Shown piece after piece: positions 30,772 through 41,311 of a DNA stretch of 64,000 nt. Both the position numbers and the translations under genes were made by a program. The notes below the pieces were generated by a model. That model had not been told where the DNA came from, ran no database searches, and saw only the letters and a list, made by a program, of their open reading frames with translations. The DNA is taken from NCBI RefSeq assembly GCF_036964675.1, contig NZ_JBALTF010000003.1, positions 5,628 to 69,627 on the forward strand. Reading direction: 5' to 3'. This DNA comes from Parasphingorhabdus sp. (GTDB taxonomy: Bacteria > Pseudomonadota > Alphaproteobacteria > Sphingomonadales > Sphingomonadaceae). Positions within the stretch are counted from its first letter, which is position 1, and every line of letters starts with the position of its first letter.

Positions 30772-32916
30772 ATGCGCAGTCTGACCCTTTTGACATTGGC
30801 CATGGGATTGGCCGTGACCTCACCCGTGCAGGCTGCACCTCATGAAAATAAGGAAAACTCGCTGACTTACCCAGAAACCAAGACTGTCGATATCGTCGAC
30901 GAGCAGTTTGGCGAATATATTTCTGATCCCTATCGCTGGCTCGAAAATGACGTCCGCGAAGACCCGGAGGTTGCCGCATGGGTGAAGGCCCAGAATGCGG
31001 TCACCAACGCCTATCTCGCAAAGCTTGATGGACGCGAAGTCCTTGCGAAATCGATGACAGAATTGTTTGATTTTGATGATCTGGGCATTCCGGAAGAATC
31101 CGGCGGAAAATATTTCTACGAGCGCAAGAGCGGCGGCCAGAATCAGGCTGTGCTCTATGTTCGCGATGGCGCAGATGGCAAGGAACGGGCGCTGATCGAC
31201 CCCGCTACATGGTCGGATGACGGGGCTACCGCGCTGGCCGGTTGGAAACCGTCCGGTGACGGCAGCCTGCTCGCTTATGCGATTCAGGATGGTGGTTCCG
31301 ACTGGCGGACGCTGAAGGTCCTTGATGTGCAAAGTGGTGAAGTGAAATCCGACAGCATCGAATGGGCCAAGTTCACAAATCTGGCATGGATGCCCAAAAA
31401 TTTTGGATTTCTCTATTCCCGCTTTCCGGAACCGGAAGAAGGTGCGGCCTTTCAGTCGCTGAATGCGGATCATGCCGTCTATCTGCACCTTATCGGCCAC
31501 GATCAGGCCAAGGATACAAAAGTCTATGCAACGCCCGACCAGCCGGAGCTCAATCACTTCGCGGAATTGACGTCGGACAAGGAATGGGTGGTGATCACCT
31601 CCTCCTCCGGCACCGACGATCGCTATGAAATCACGCTGATCAAGGTGGATGCGCCCACGCTGGAAACGCGCAAGCTGGTCAAAGGTTTTGAAAATGACTG
31701 GCGGCTGATCGATGGCGTGGGTGACACACTCTATTTCGTGACCAACAAGGATGCGCCGCGGCTGCGCGTGGTCAAAACCGATCTGAGCGCAGCGGAACCG
31801 CAATTTACCGAACTGGTTCCGCAAAGCGAGGCGGTCATTGGAGGCGCCATGATCGTCGGCGACAGGCTGGTGATCAGCTATCTTGTCGATGCCAAAAGCG
31901 AGCTTTCGACTTTCGATCTCGACGGCAAGGCGCTCGGCACGCTCGATCTGCCCGGGCCGGGGCAGGTGGGTAGCCTCAGCAGTTCGATGAAGAGCGATGA
32001 AGGCTTTTTTACCTTCCAGAGCTTCAACCGGCCAACGACGGTTTTTCGCTACGATGGGAAATCAGCGCCGACGATCTGGGCAAAGCCGTCGCTGCCTTTT
32101 GATCCGGAAGCGGTCGAAGTCACGCAGCGATTCTACAAAAGCAAGGACGGCACCAGGATTCCGATGTTTCTTGTGCACATGAAAGGGCAGGATCTCTCGC
32201 AAGGCGCGCCGACACTGCTCTATGGTTATGGCGGGTTCAATATTTCCGTGCTGCCCCAATATAAGCCGGCCTGGATGGTGTGGATCGAGGCGGGCGGTGT
32301 GTTCGCATCGGCCAATCTGCGCGGCGGCGGTGAATATGGCAAGGAGTGGCACGATGCCGGCCGGCTGCAGAACAAGCAGAATGTGTTCGACGATTTTATC
32401 GCAGCCGGAGAATATCTGATCAGTGAAGGCATTACGCCGGAAGACGGCCTGGCCATTGAAGGGCGTTCCAATGGTGGATTGCTGATCGGCGCCGTCATGA
32501 ATCAGCGGCCCGATCTGTTCACCGCCGGTCATGCCGCAGTCGGCGTGATGGACATGCTCCGTTTCGACCGGTTCACCGCCGGCCGCTATTGGGTCGATGA
32601 TTATGGCTATCCGAACAAGGAGCAGGATTTCAAAACCCTGCTCGGCTATTCGCCTTATCACAATATCCGGAACGGCATTGATTACCCGGCTTTGCTCGTT
32701 TCGACCGCCGATACCGATGACCGGGTGGTTCCCGGTCATAGTTTCAAATATACCGCGCGCTTGCAGGCGCTGGATACGGGTAGTGAGCCTCATCTAATCC
32801 GGATCGAGACCCGGGCCGGTCATGGCAGCGGCAAGCCGACCGACAAGCTTATTGAGGAATATTCGGATATTTACGCCTTCCTGGGGAAGGCGACCGGACT
32901 CACGCTGACCAAATAA
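30772..32916 (+). CDS. Exported prolyl oligopeptidase (S9A)
   Basis: Signal peptide; DPYRWLE, YGYGGF, GRSNGGL (Ser), DDRV (Asp), AGHG (His). Confidence 0.96.
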   Translation: MRSLTLLTLAMGLAVTSPVQAAPHENKENSLTYPETKTVDIVDEQFGEYISDPYRWLENDVREDPEVAAWVKAQNAVTNAYLAKLDGREVLAKSMTELFDFDDLGIPEESGGKYFYERKSGGQNQAVLYVRDGADGKERALIDPATWSDDGATALAGWKPSGDGSLLAYAIQDGGSDWRTLKVLDVQSGEVKSDSIEWAKFTNLAWMPKNFGFLYSRFPEPEEGAAFQSLNADHAVYLHLIGHDQAKDTKVYATPDQPELNHFAELTSDKEWVVITSSSGTDDRYEITLIKVDAPTLETRKLVKGFENDWRLIDGVGDTLYFVTNKDAPRLRVVKTDLSAAEPQFTELVPQSEAVIGGAMIVGDRLVISYLVDAKSELSTFDLDGKALGTLDLPGPGQVGSLSSSMKSDEGFFTFQSFNRPTTVFRYDGKSAPTIWAKPSLPFDPEAVEVTQRFYKSKDGTRIPMFLVHMKGQDLSQGAPTLLYGYGGFNISVLPQYKPAWMVWIEAGGVFASANLRGGGEYGKEWHDAGRLQNKQNVFDDFIAAGEYLISEGITPEDGLAIEGRSNGGLLIGAVMNQRPDLFTAGHAAVGVMDMLRFDRFTAGRYWVDDYGYPNKEQDFKTLLGYSPYHNIRNGIDYPALLVSTADTDDRVVPGHSFKYTARLQALDTGSEPHLIRIETRAGHGSGKPTDKLIEEYSDIYAFLGKATGLTLTK

Positions 32917-33166
32917 AATATATTCGTAGTGGCACAGGGTAGTCGCGAACCGATCAAACCAGTCCGGATGACGCTAATGGTTGGCGGATTGACTCCGGTG
33001 AGCTGGCGCCTTGTTGTAAATTGCAGAAGCATATTTTGTTCATATAAATAGCCTTTAACATGAACGGTCCCTGTCAGGTCAGTTCAGTCGCCACTCAAGC
33101 CGAATCACCTAGAAGGGCTTTGCAAGCTCGGGAAATGGTTTCGGGCAGTGTGAAAGGAAAGTGGAC

Positions 33167-33724
33167 ATGAACAAGTTGAACAAAGCTCTTGTTGGAACCG
33201 CTGCTGCTGCTGCAATGGCTGTTTCTGCTACCCCCGCGATGGCCAAGGATGGCCGGCATGGTGGACCGAGTGCCGGAGAAGTTATCGCCGGTGTTGCGAT
33301 CATCGGCGCGATTGCCGCGATTGCGAGTTCCGGCAACAACGACCGGAATTATCGCGATACCAATTATCGGAATGGCAATCAGCGAAATACCAATTATCGC
33401 GGTGACCGTTATGACAACGAGCGTTACACCGAATCTCGCTTCGGCAATGGCTATCGTCAGATCGGCCAGCGCCAGGCCGTCAACCGCTGCGTGCGGGCCG
33501 CCGAAAACGGAGCGACCAATCGCGGTCGAGCGTCGGTAACGGACATCCGCGACATTGACAGGACTCGCTATGGCTATCGGGTCAAGGGCAGAATTCTGGT
33601 CGAACAGGGGCGGGGTCGCCATCAGAGAGCCGGTTACGCCGACGAAGGCAAATTCACCTGCTATATCGAAGGCAATAGGGTTAGCGACGTTCAGTTCAGC
33701 GGCCTGAACTACAGCCGTCGCTAA
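33167..33724 (+). CDS. Hypothetical secreted protein, Arg/Asn-rich spacer, 2-Cys C-terminal domain (paralog 1)
   Basis: Signal peptide ..ATPAMA; GEVIAGVAIIGAIAAIASS hydrophobic segment. Confidence 0.85.
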   Translation: MNKLNKALVGTAAAAAMAVSATPAMAKDGRHGGPSAGEVIAGVAIIGAIAAIASSGNNDRNYRDTNYRNGNQRNTNYRGDRYDNERYTESRFGNGYRQIGQRQAVNRCVRAAENGATNRGRASVTDIRDIDRTRYGYRVKGRILVEQGRGRHQRAGYADEGKFTCYIEGNRVSDVQFSGLNYSRR

Positions 33725-33845
33725 GAGCGATGAGCGAAGTTAAACAAGCAATGATGGTTCAGCCTGGTGACAGGCTGGACCAACTATGTTCGATTCGACG
33801 GCAGGTTTTTGAATAAAAAGTCTGCGCTTGATAGGGGTGTCTCAG

Positions 33846-34475
33846 ATGACCAAAATGACCAGATTTTCTGCTTTTGCAGCATCCACCGCGCTGGTTTTTA
33901 CCGGCTTTTCGCCGGCCATGGCTGCGCCAGTGCACAGCGGAGTCGCTATCGCTACCCCGATTGATGTGGCGGCGCTGGGCTGGACCGCCGACAGTGAAAA
34001 TGCAAAAGGCTGGGGCGATTATCGTCGTGACCGGGGTTACCGTGGACATCGGCGCCATCGCGATGGGATCAGCGGCGGTGATCTATTGGCGGGTATATTG
34101 GTCATCGGCGGCATTGCGGCGATCGCCAGCGCGGCATCAAAAAACAATCGTGACAGGCGCTATGAAGATCGCGACTATCGCAGCGAAAACCCTCGCTATG
34201 ACGATCGGCGCGCCGACCCGCGCGATGAAAGCAGATATGACCGGGGGACCGGTGATATGGAATCGGCGATAAATGCCTGTTCCGATGCGGCTGAACGGCA
34301 AGCTGGCCGCGATGCGCGCGTTTCTGCCGTCCAATCAGTGGTCCGTGATGGCGAAGCCTGGCGGGTCGAAGGCATATTATCGAACAGTGAGCAAAGCTCA
34401 TTTCTCTGCGGAGCCAGCGAAGGCCGGGTAGATTTCGTGCAACTCGGCGACGGCGATCTCGCCTTTGCGAATTAA
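33846..34475 (+). CDS. Hypothetical secreted protein (paralog 2)
   Basis: Signal peptide ..FSPAMA; [19 protein letters not shown]; [13 protein letters not shown]. Confidence 0.85.
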   Translation: MTKMTRFSAFAASTALVFTGFSPAMAAPVHSGVAIATPIDVAALGWTADSENAKGWGDYRRDRGYRGHRRHRDGISGGDLLAGILVIGGIAAIASAASKNNRDRRYEDRDYRSENPRYDDRRADPRDESRYDRGTGDMESAINACSDAAERQAGRDARVSAVQSVVRDGEAWRVEGILSNSEQSSFLCGASEGRVDFVQLGDGDLAFAN

Positions 34476-35263
34476 ACCGCTGTCCGGCCAAATTCCTGAC
34501 GAGTGACCGGGTGCGATGCGCTCAGGCCCCCGTCAACGGCAATTGCTTGACCGTTGACATAGGATGAGCGGTCAGAAGCCAGAAAAAGTGCCACTTCCGC
34601 CATCTCCATCGGAGCCGCGCCACGGCGCAGCGGATTGAGATAGCCGAGCCGGTCTTCCTTGCCCTTTTCGCGGGCTTTATCATAAATGAACTGGGTCATG
34701 CCGGTTTCGGTAATGCCCGGACAAATGGCGTTGCAGCGCACATTCGACGTCGCAAATTGCTGGGATGCAACCTTGACCAGATTGATAACGCCCGCCTTGG
34801 AAGCCGAATAGGCTGGGCCGCCTGCGCCGGATCTGATGCCGGCGACACTGGCGGTGCAGATGATCGAGCCGCCATGCTTGCTTTCGGCAATTACCTTGCC
34901 GGCATATTTGCAGGCCAGAAACGGTCCGATCAAATTGACTCGCAACACTTCCTGCCATTCCGCGACGCTGCTGTCGAAAATGCCTTCAAAGCCGCCGCCG
35001 ATGCCGGCGTTGGCAAAGAACACATGAAGATCGCCAAAACGCTGTTCCGCTGCCTCGACAAGCATTTCGACATCGCCTTCCGATCCGGCATCGGCCTTGA
35101 TCGCGATGATATTGCCTTCGGAGCCTTTCGCAGTGTCCTCGACCGCGTCGGTGATGTCGCTGGCGATGACCTTCGCGCCGTGTTGAGCGAACAACAAGGC
35201 CGCAGCGCGGCCGATCCCGCTACCGGCGCCGGTGATGATCGCGACTTTGTCCTTGAGGTCCAT
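34472..35263 (-). CDS. Short-chain dehydrogenase/reductase
   Basis: [25 protein letters not shown]. Confidence 0.96.
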   Translation of the reverse strand: MDLKDKVAIITGAGSGIGRAAALLFAQHGAKVIASDITDAVEDTAKGSEGNIIAIKADAGSEGDVEMLVEAAEQRFGDLHVFFANAGIGGGFEGIFDSSVAEWQEVLRVNLIGPFLACKYAGKVIAESKHGGSIICTASVAGIRSGAGGPAYSASKAGVINLVKVASQQFATSNVRCNAICPGITETGMTQFIYDKAREKGKEDRLGYLNPLRRGAAPMEMAEVALFLASDRSSYVNGQAIAVDGGLSASHPVTRQEFGRTAV

Positions 35264-35264
35264 T

Positions 35265-36326
35265 TTAGGCTCCTGCTCTTTGTGCGACTTGCCATCCTGC
35301 CTGTGCCAGTGGCGTTACGCGATCCGACATTTCCGCTGCCGCTGCACTGTTCGCCGTGCCATCGACCACCCGCTTCTGGATGCCCTGCAGAATAGCAGCA
35401 ATCCGGAACAGATTATAGGCCAGATACCAGTCCATCGGCGGCAGTTCGGCCATGCCCGATTTCTCGCAATAGCGGGCAATGGCTTCCTCGCGGGTGGGGA
35501 TGCCCAGTGCCGCGAGATCGACGCCCTTCAAACCGCTGCGGCCTTCGGGTTCCATTTCATAGGCCATCAGCCAATAAGCGAAATCGGCAATCGGGTCGCC
35601 GAGGGTCGAGAGTTCCCAGTCGAGAACCGCGATGACCTTGGGTTCATCATGGGCAAAAATCATGTTATCCAGCCGGTAATCGCCATGGACGATGCCAAAG
35701 CTTTTCTGTTCCGGAATGGTTTTGGTGAGCCACTCTATCAGCTTGTCCATTTCGGGAATTTCCTGAAGTTCGGACAGTCGATATTGCTGCGTCCAGCGGG
35801 AAATCTGGCGCTCGCAATAATTGCCGGGCTTGCCGTGTTTTTCCAGTCCCAATGCGTCCGGATCAAAGCTGTGCAGCGAGGCCAGCGTGTCGATCATCTC
35901 ATGATAGATGGCGCGGCGTTCCTCGGGATTGCTGTCGGGCAATGTGCCGTCCCAGAATGTCCGGCCGTCGGCCATGCCCATGATGTAGAACATCGTACCG
36001 ATCACGCTGTCGTCTTCGCACAAGCCATAAGGCTTGGCGACGGGGAACCCGGCAGGATAGAGGCCGGCAATCACCCGGAACTCGCGGTCGACTGCATGGG
36101 CTGAAGGCAATAATTTTCCGACCGGTTTCTTGCGCAATACATAGGAAGTCGTCGGCGTATCGATCTTGTAGGTTGGATTGGACTGGCCGCCCTTGAACTT
36201 GCTCAAAGTGAGCGGGCCGGCAAAACCCTCGACATTGGCTTCCATCCATTTCTGCAGGGCTGCTTCGTCGAGCTTGTCCTTCTCCGGCACGTCCATCGTG
36301 CCGGTCATATCTTCCTGTGGATTCAT
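35265..36326 (-). CDS. APH-family phosphotransferase (ACAD10/11 kinase-domain / LvaA-like)
   Basis: [37 protein letters not shown]. Confidence 0.92.
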   Translation of the reverse strand: MNPQEDMTGTMDVPEKDKLDEAALQKWMEANVEGFAGPLTLSKFKGGQSNPTYKIDTPTTSYVLRKKPVGKLLPSAHAVDREFRVIAGLYPAGFPVAKPYGLCEDDSVIGTMFYIMGMADGRTFWDGTLPDSNPEERRAIYHEMIDTLASLHSFDPDALGLEKHGKPGNYCERQISRWTQQYRLSELQEIPEMDKLIEWLTKTIPEQKSFGIVHGDYRLDNMIFAHDEPKVIAVLDWELSTLGDPIADFAYWLMAYEMEPEGRSGLKGVDLAALGIPTREEAIARYCEKSGMAELPPMDWYLAYNLFRIAAILQGIQKRVVDGTANSAAAAEMSDRVTPLAQAGWQVAQRAGA

Positions 36327-36342
36327 GGAAGTCCCTCTTCCT

Positions 36343-37428
36343 TTAACTAAAGACAATCACGGAACGTGCCGAATCACCTTTTTTCATTTTATCAAAACCG
36401 TCGTTGATCTGCTCTAGCGGAATCGTTTCTGCCACAATGCTATCCAAATCAAGCAGTCCACGCAGATAAAAATCTACCAGACGCGGGATATCAATCGGGA
36501 AGTGGTTTGACCCCATCAGCACGCCCTGCAATTTCTTGCCGGAGAGCAAATCCATCGCGCTCAGGCCGACTTTGTGATCCAGCGGCATCATGCCAAGGAT
36601 GGTTGCAGTGCCGCCGCGCTTGAGCGAACCGACCGCAAGATCGCCGGATGCAGCTCGGCCCACGGCTTCGATCGCATGATCAACGCCGCCTTTGGTGAGT
36701 TCCAGTATCTGCGCGGCCGCGTCATCCGCAGACGCATCAATCACATCTGTCGCGCCAAGCTTGATGGCAAGATCGCGTTTTTCCTTGATCGGATCCGCCG
36801 CAATAATCCGGCCGGCACCGGCGATTTTGGCGGCATTGATCGTCGCCAGCCCGACGCCGCCGCAACCGACGACGGCGACGGTTTCACCAGGCGTGAGCTT
36901 GCAGGCATTGAAGATCGTGCCCGCGCCGGTGGTCACGGCACAGCCAATAACCGCTGCCCGATCGAGCGGCATCTCCGGATCGATCCGTACACAGGCATGT
37001 TCGTGGATCAGCATCTGCTCGGCAAAGGCCGACAGATTGAGCATCTGTGCCACGGTCGAACCATCGGGCCGGGTGATCCGCGGCGCTTCGTCAGCGCGCC
37101 GCCGCGTGTCTGCGCCCAGGCACAAGGACATCCGGCCAGATACACAAAACTCGCAATGCCCGCAATAAGCTGACAGGCAGGAGACGACGGCATCGCCGAC
37201 CGCGACGGTGCGAACTTCGCTACCAATCGCCTCGACAATGCCCGCTGCCTCGTGGCCCGGAATCGCGGGCAGAGCATGCGGATAGCTGCCATCGATGAAA
37301 TGCAGGTCCGAATGGCACAGCCCGCAGGCGGCCGTTCGGATCAGCACTTCATGCGGTCCCGGTTTGGAGATGACGACGTCTTCTATTACGAGCGGTTTGC
37401 CCGCTTCGACCAGTACTGCTGCCTTCAT
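36343..37428 (-). CDS. Zn-dependent alcohol dehydrogenase (MDR)
   Basis: CHSD, GHE, CGHCEFC..C structural Zn loop, GCGGVG. Confidence 0.95.
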   Translation of the reverse strand: MKAAVLVEAGKPLVIEDVVISKPGPHEVLIRTAACGLCHSDLHFIDGSYPHALPAIPGHEAAGIVEAIGSEVRTVAVGDAVVSCLSAYCGHCEFCVSGRMSLCLGADTRRRADEAPRITRPDGSTVAQMLNLSAFAEQMLIHEHACVRIDPEMPLDRAAVIGCAVTTGAGTIFNACKLTPGETVAVVGCGGVGLATINAAKIAGAGRIIAADPIKEKRDLAIKLGATDVIDASADDAAAQILELTKGGVDHAIEAVGRAASGDLAVGSLKRGGTATILGMMPLDHKVGLSAMDLLSGKKLQGVLMGSNHFPIDIPRLVDFYLRGLLDLDSIVAETIPLEQINDGFDKMKKGDSARSVIVFS

Positions 37429-37437
37429 GATCTGCTC

Positions 37438-38739
37438 CTAGCGTGTGACCGCCAGATCACCTGACGAAAATTCTTCCTTCATCTTGCTGCCATCGGCGGT
37501 TTCGGCATATTTGCCATATTCCATCTTGGCGACCGTGCGATTGTGGACTTCGTCCGGACCATCGGCAAGCCGCAGGGTCCGTTGATGCGCATAAGCGCTG
37601 GCGAGGCCATAATCGTTGGAAACGCCGCCGCCGCCATGGGCCTGAATCGCATCATCAATGATTTTCAGCGCCATATTCGGAGCCTGCACCTTGATCATCG
37701 CGATTTCGGCCTTGGCATATTTATTGCCGACCTTGTCCATCATGTCTGCGGCTTTCAGGCAGAGCAGGCGGCTCATGTCGATATCGATCCGGGCGCGAGC
37801 GACGCGCTCATCCCAGACGCTATGCTCGGAAAGGCGTTTGCCGAACGCGACTCGCGATTGCAGGCGTTTGACCATTTTTTCGAGCGCTTCTTCGGCGACA
37901 CCGATGGTCCGCATGCAGTGATGGATACGACCGGGTCCGAGGCGACCCTGAGCGATTTCAAAACCGCGCCCTTCGCCGAGGATGATATTGGCCGCAGGAA
38001 CGCGAACGTCCTTCATTTCGACTTCCATATGGCCGTGCGGTGCATCGTCATAGCCGAAGACGGGCAGGTGACGGATGATGTTCACGCCCGGTGCGTCGGT
38101 TGGCATGAGAATCTGGGACTGCTGTGTATAGCGGCTGCCCTCGAATGTTGTTTTGCCCATCACAATTGCGATTTTGCAGCGCGGGTCGCCGAGGCCGGAT
38201 GACCACCATTTGCGGCCATTGATGACATATTCATTGCCATCGCGGACAATCGCGGTTTCGATATTGGTCGCATCGGAAGATGCAACGGCTGGCTCGGTCA
38301 TCAGGAAGGCGGAACGAATTTCACCGTTCATCAAGGGACGCAGATATTGTTCTTTCTGTTCCAGCGTGCCGTAGCGATGGAACACTTCCATATTGCCGGT
38401 ATCGGGAGCGGAGCAGTTGAACACTTCGGAAGAAAAGCCGACGCGGCCCATTTCTTCTGCGCACAAAGCATATTCCAGATTGGTCAGGCCAGGGCCTTCA
38501 AATTCAAAGACATCGTCAATATGGGTAAGATTGGGATTGGCTGGCGGCATGAACAGGTTCCAGATGCCGGCTTCCTTGGCTTTCTTCTTCTCTTGCTCAA
38601 CCACTTGCAGGACCTTCCAGCGTTCGCCGGTTGATTCTTCTTCGTGAAAATCAGCCATGCGGGGCCGGAGGTGAGTCTCGATATGATCGCGTACCCGGTT
38701 GCGCCAATATTCCTGCTTTTCGGTGAGATCGAAATCCAT
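37438..38739 (-). CDS. Acyl-CoA dehydrogenase, ACAD10/11 / LvaC / FadE2-like
   Basis: [45 protein letters not shown]. Confidence 0.93.
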   Translation of the reverse strand: MDFDLTEKQEYWRNRVRDHIETHLRPRMADFHEEESTGERWKVLQVVEQEKKKAKEAGIWNLFMPPANPNLTHIDDVFEFEGPGLTNLEYALCAEEMGRVGFSSEVFNCSAPDTGNMEVFHRYGTLEQKEQYLRPLMNGEIRSAFLMTEPAVASSDATNIETAIVRDGNEYVINGRKWWSSGLGDPRCKIAIVMGKTTFEGSRYTQQSQILMPTDAPGVNIIRHLPVFGYDDAPHGHMEVEMKDVRVPAANIILGEGRGFEIAQGRLGPGRIHHCMRTIGVAEEALEKMVKRLQSRVAFGKRLSEHSVWDERVARARIDIDMSRLLCLKAADMMDKVGNKYAKAEIAMIKVQAPNMALKIIDDAIQAHGGGGVSNDYGLASAYAHQRTLRLADGPDEVHNRTVAKMEYGKYAETADGSKMKEEFSSGDLAVTR

Positions 38740-38825
38740 TCCCAAATCCTTTTCTTTTTAACTATGCGATTAACTTATCAGAGGCGGCTTAGGCTTTCTA
38801 CCCTGAAACCGCTAGTCAGGTCATA

Positions 38826-40247
38826 TTATTCTGCAGCACTTGCGCGCGCCATCATCCGTTTTCGGTGATCATCCTCTCCCAAAGGAAATTTTGTATAGGC
38901 CCAGGCCCCAATCAGCGCCAAAATCGTTGCTATGATCAAATAAATGAAGGCGAGGCTATCAACGATACTGCCATCGACAGCACCCGGCTCGGCTCCTCTA
39001 GGCATGCCGACAAACGCGATGATCTGACTGGCCAGCAAAATACCCAACCCGTTCACAACTTTTTGCATGAAGAACATGCCGGATGAAAAAAGGCCTTCGG
39101 AGCGCTTGCCGGTATCATGTTCATATTGATCGGTAACATCGGCAATCATCGACATCGTCAGGATCATTGCCGCGATGCTGCTTGCTGTCGCCACCAGCAG
39201 CAATGCAAAAAGAACTGGGATCATCAAGTCCTCACCCGGTGCCGGGAAAATATTGGCGATGCGGAGCCAATAGGGCGCAGTGCCCACTGCAAGTGCCACA
39301 AGCGTAAGAATTGATGCGGCCCGCGCCTTGCCAAGCTTGATCGAGACAGGTGTCACCATCACGAATGCCAGTGTCGCTGCCCCAAATAACATGATGGAAT
39401 AAGCCGCAAAATCGGGCTGCCTGAACTCCCAGACATGCGTGAAAAGATAAGGCGAAAGCGCGAAAACAAGCCATTGATTGGTGAATGCAAAAACGCCTGC
39501 CAACATCAACAGCATGAAAGGCCGATATCTAAATGTTGCGATAATCTGCGAAAGCGATTCTGCGGCTTTTGGAAAAGATTTGGCTTCTCGATAGGTGGCG
39601 ACAACGCGTTTATGCGTGCCCAAAGCGGAAATCAAAACGGCTGCAAACATTATGCAGCCCCCGAAAATTGCATAACCTTCATAGCCGTCGCGGTTCAGCA
39701 ATCCGATCGGATATTCTTCTGATGGGACAAAGAAGATCGCATAGGCGAGAAACATGACAAACAGGCCGCCGGCCCAGCCGAACAGGAATCGGTAGCGCAT
39801 GATCGCGGTCCGATCATGATAATCGGTGCTCAGTTCCGGCAGCAGGGCGAGCGCTGGCACTTCATATGCAGAAAATGCCATTCTCACGAGTAACGCGGTG
39901 CCAAAAAGATAGAAGAACAGACCTGTTTGTCCCAATTCCGGCGGTTGCCAAAGCAGCAACCAAGCGATGATGATCGGGATCGCGGCACCATATAGCCAGG
40001 GATGCCGTCTGCCGATCGGTGTTCGGGTACGATCGCTGAATTGGCCCACTGCCGGATCTATAAAAGCGTCGGCGATCAAGGCCAGCGCAATGGCGAGCCC
40101 GACCAATCCGGCACCAAGCCCAATGACCTGCTCATAGTAGAAGAGCAGGAATGTGGCGAAGCCGTTATCCTTGATCCCGTAACCGATGGACCCGGAACCA
40201 TAGAATAGCTTGGATTTGAGCGGCAGCTTGTCCGAAGTCACCGTCAA
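38826..40247 (-). CDS. MFS transporter, GPH/MelB-like
   Basis: DAFIDPAVGQFSDRTRT..GRRHPW; ~12 hydrophobic segments; ADV.D..EG.F. Confidence 0.92.
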   Translation of the reverse strand: MTVTSDKLPLKSKLFYGSGSIGYGIKDNGFATFLLFYYEQVIGLGAGLVGLAIALALIADAFIDPAVGQFSDRTRTPIGRRHPWLYGAAIPIIIAWLLLWQPPELGQTGLFFYLFGTALLVRMAFSAYEVPALALLPELSTDYHDRTAIMRYRFLFGWAGGLFVMFLAYAIFFVPSEEYPIGLLNRDGYEGYAIFGGCIMFAAVLISALGTHKRVVATYREAKSFPKAAESLSQIIATFRYRPFMLLMLAGVFAFTNQWLVFALSPYLFTHVWEFRQPDFAAYSIMLFGAATLAFVMVTPVSIKLGKARAASILTLVALAVGTAPYWLRIANIFPAPGEDLMIPVLFALLLVATASSIAAMILTMSMIADVTDQYEHDTGKRSEGLFSSGMFFMQKVVNGLGILLASQIIAFVGMPRGAEPGAVDGSIVDSLAFIYLIIATILALIGAWAYTKFPLGEDDHRKRMMARASAAE

Positions 40248-41080
40248 CGCAGATGCTCCGGCAAGATCGCATCGAGCATGCCGGGTATTTCGGGATTCCA
40301 GCTGCCTTCGGTACCGACGAGCATGCCACCATCAACCAGCAGATGCGTGCCGGTGACAAAGCCGGCTGCATCGGAGGCGAGATAGGCTGCCGCTTCGGCA
40401 ATATCATTGGGCACACCGGGACGGCCAATGGGCTGCGCACTGGCCGCGGCCTGGCCGAGAACCGCATTGATCTCCCGGGCCTCTTCCTTGTTGGCGCCGA
40501 CCGTTGCCGCGAAAATATTGGTCTGGATGAATCCGGGGCATATCGCATTCACGCGGATCTTGTACCGGGCGAGCTCGGCTGCAGCGACCTTGGTCAGATG
40601 CAATACGCCAGCCTTGGCGGTCGAATAGGCAATCGGGCCATAGCCGGCCTGAAAAGAACAGATGGACGCGGTATTGACGATCGCCCCGCCGCCGCGTTTT
40701 TTCAGATGCGGCGCGGCGTGGCGGATACCCATGGCCACGGATTTGAGCAGCAAGGCCATGGCAAAGTCCCAGTCATCGCCGCTGATCTCGTCGATCGGGG
40801 CCCGCGGGCCGCCCGCACCGGCATTGTTAAATACGATATCGATGCCGCCGGTCTGCTCGGCCGCATAGTCCATCAGCGCCTTGACCTCGGCTTCCTGGGT
40901 GACATCACATTTTTTGAACAGAAAGCTATCGCCCAAGGCCGACATCATCGCGGTGCCTTCCGCTTCATCGATATCGCCCATGACAACAGTGGCGCCTTCG
41001 CGCAGGAAAAGGTCAACGCTAGCGCGTCCAATGCCCGATGAGCCGCCGGTTATCACGGCGGTTTTGTCTTTAAATCGCAT
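40244..41080 (-). CDS. Short-chain dehydrogenase/reductase
   Basis: TGGSSGIG, NNAG, YSTAK, IRVNAICPG. Confidence 0.95.
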   Translation of the reverse strand: MRFKDKTAVITGGSSGIGRASVDLFLREGATVVMGDIDEAEGTAMMSALGDSFLFKKCDVTQEAEVKALMDYAAEQTGGIDIVFNNAGAGGPRAPIDEISGDDWDFAMALLLKSVAMGIRHAAPHLKKRGGGAIVNTASICSFQAGYGPIAYSTAKAGVLHLTKVAAAELARYKIRVNAICPGFIQTNIFAATVGANKEEAREINAVLGQAAASAQPIGRPGVPNDIAEAAAYLASDAAGFVTGTHLLVDGGMLVGTEGSWNPEIPGMLDAILPEHLR

Positions 41081-41281
41081 CCTCTTGCGCTCCCATTTTT
41101 TTTGTCATTAAAGCGGTGATGCTTTTCAGCGTCAATCACTTGTGCTGGCCAGTCTCGTTTCCGTTACGGAATTCAAAAGACTTGCTGGTCGTTGTAAAAT
41201 TCAGCGTCAGATTCTCCGATTATTTTTGACTTCTGGCCAAGGGAATCGTTGAATCAATCCACGCAAATATGATAGTCCAAC

Positions 41282-41299
41282 TTTAATTGATCAATTAAA
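41282..41299. promoter_or_regulatory. Perfect 18-bp palindromic operator candidate
   Basis: TTTAATTGATCAATTAAA abutting the RBS of the ACAD at 41312, in a divergent spacer. Confidence 0.65.
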
Positions 41300-41311
41300 A
41301 GGAAATTCGTG

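Noticed and set aside
5910-30979. Long antisense ORFs over ribosomal genes (e.g. 18964-20058, 28960-30129, 12811-13623)
   Set aside because: Mirror frames of highly expressed, codon-biased genes; no independent signals.
33040-33090. TGAAC/GTTCA inverted motifs upstream of the secreted paralogs
   Set aside because: Too short, and spacing is not reproduced upstream of paralog 2.
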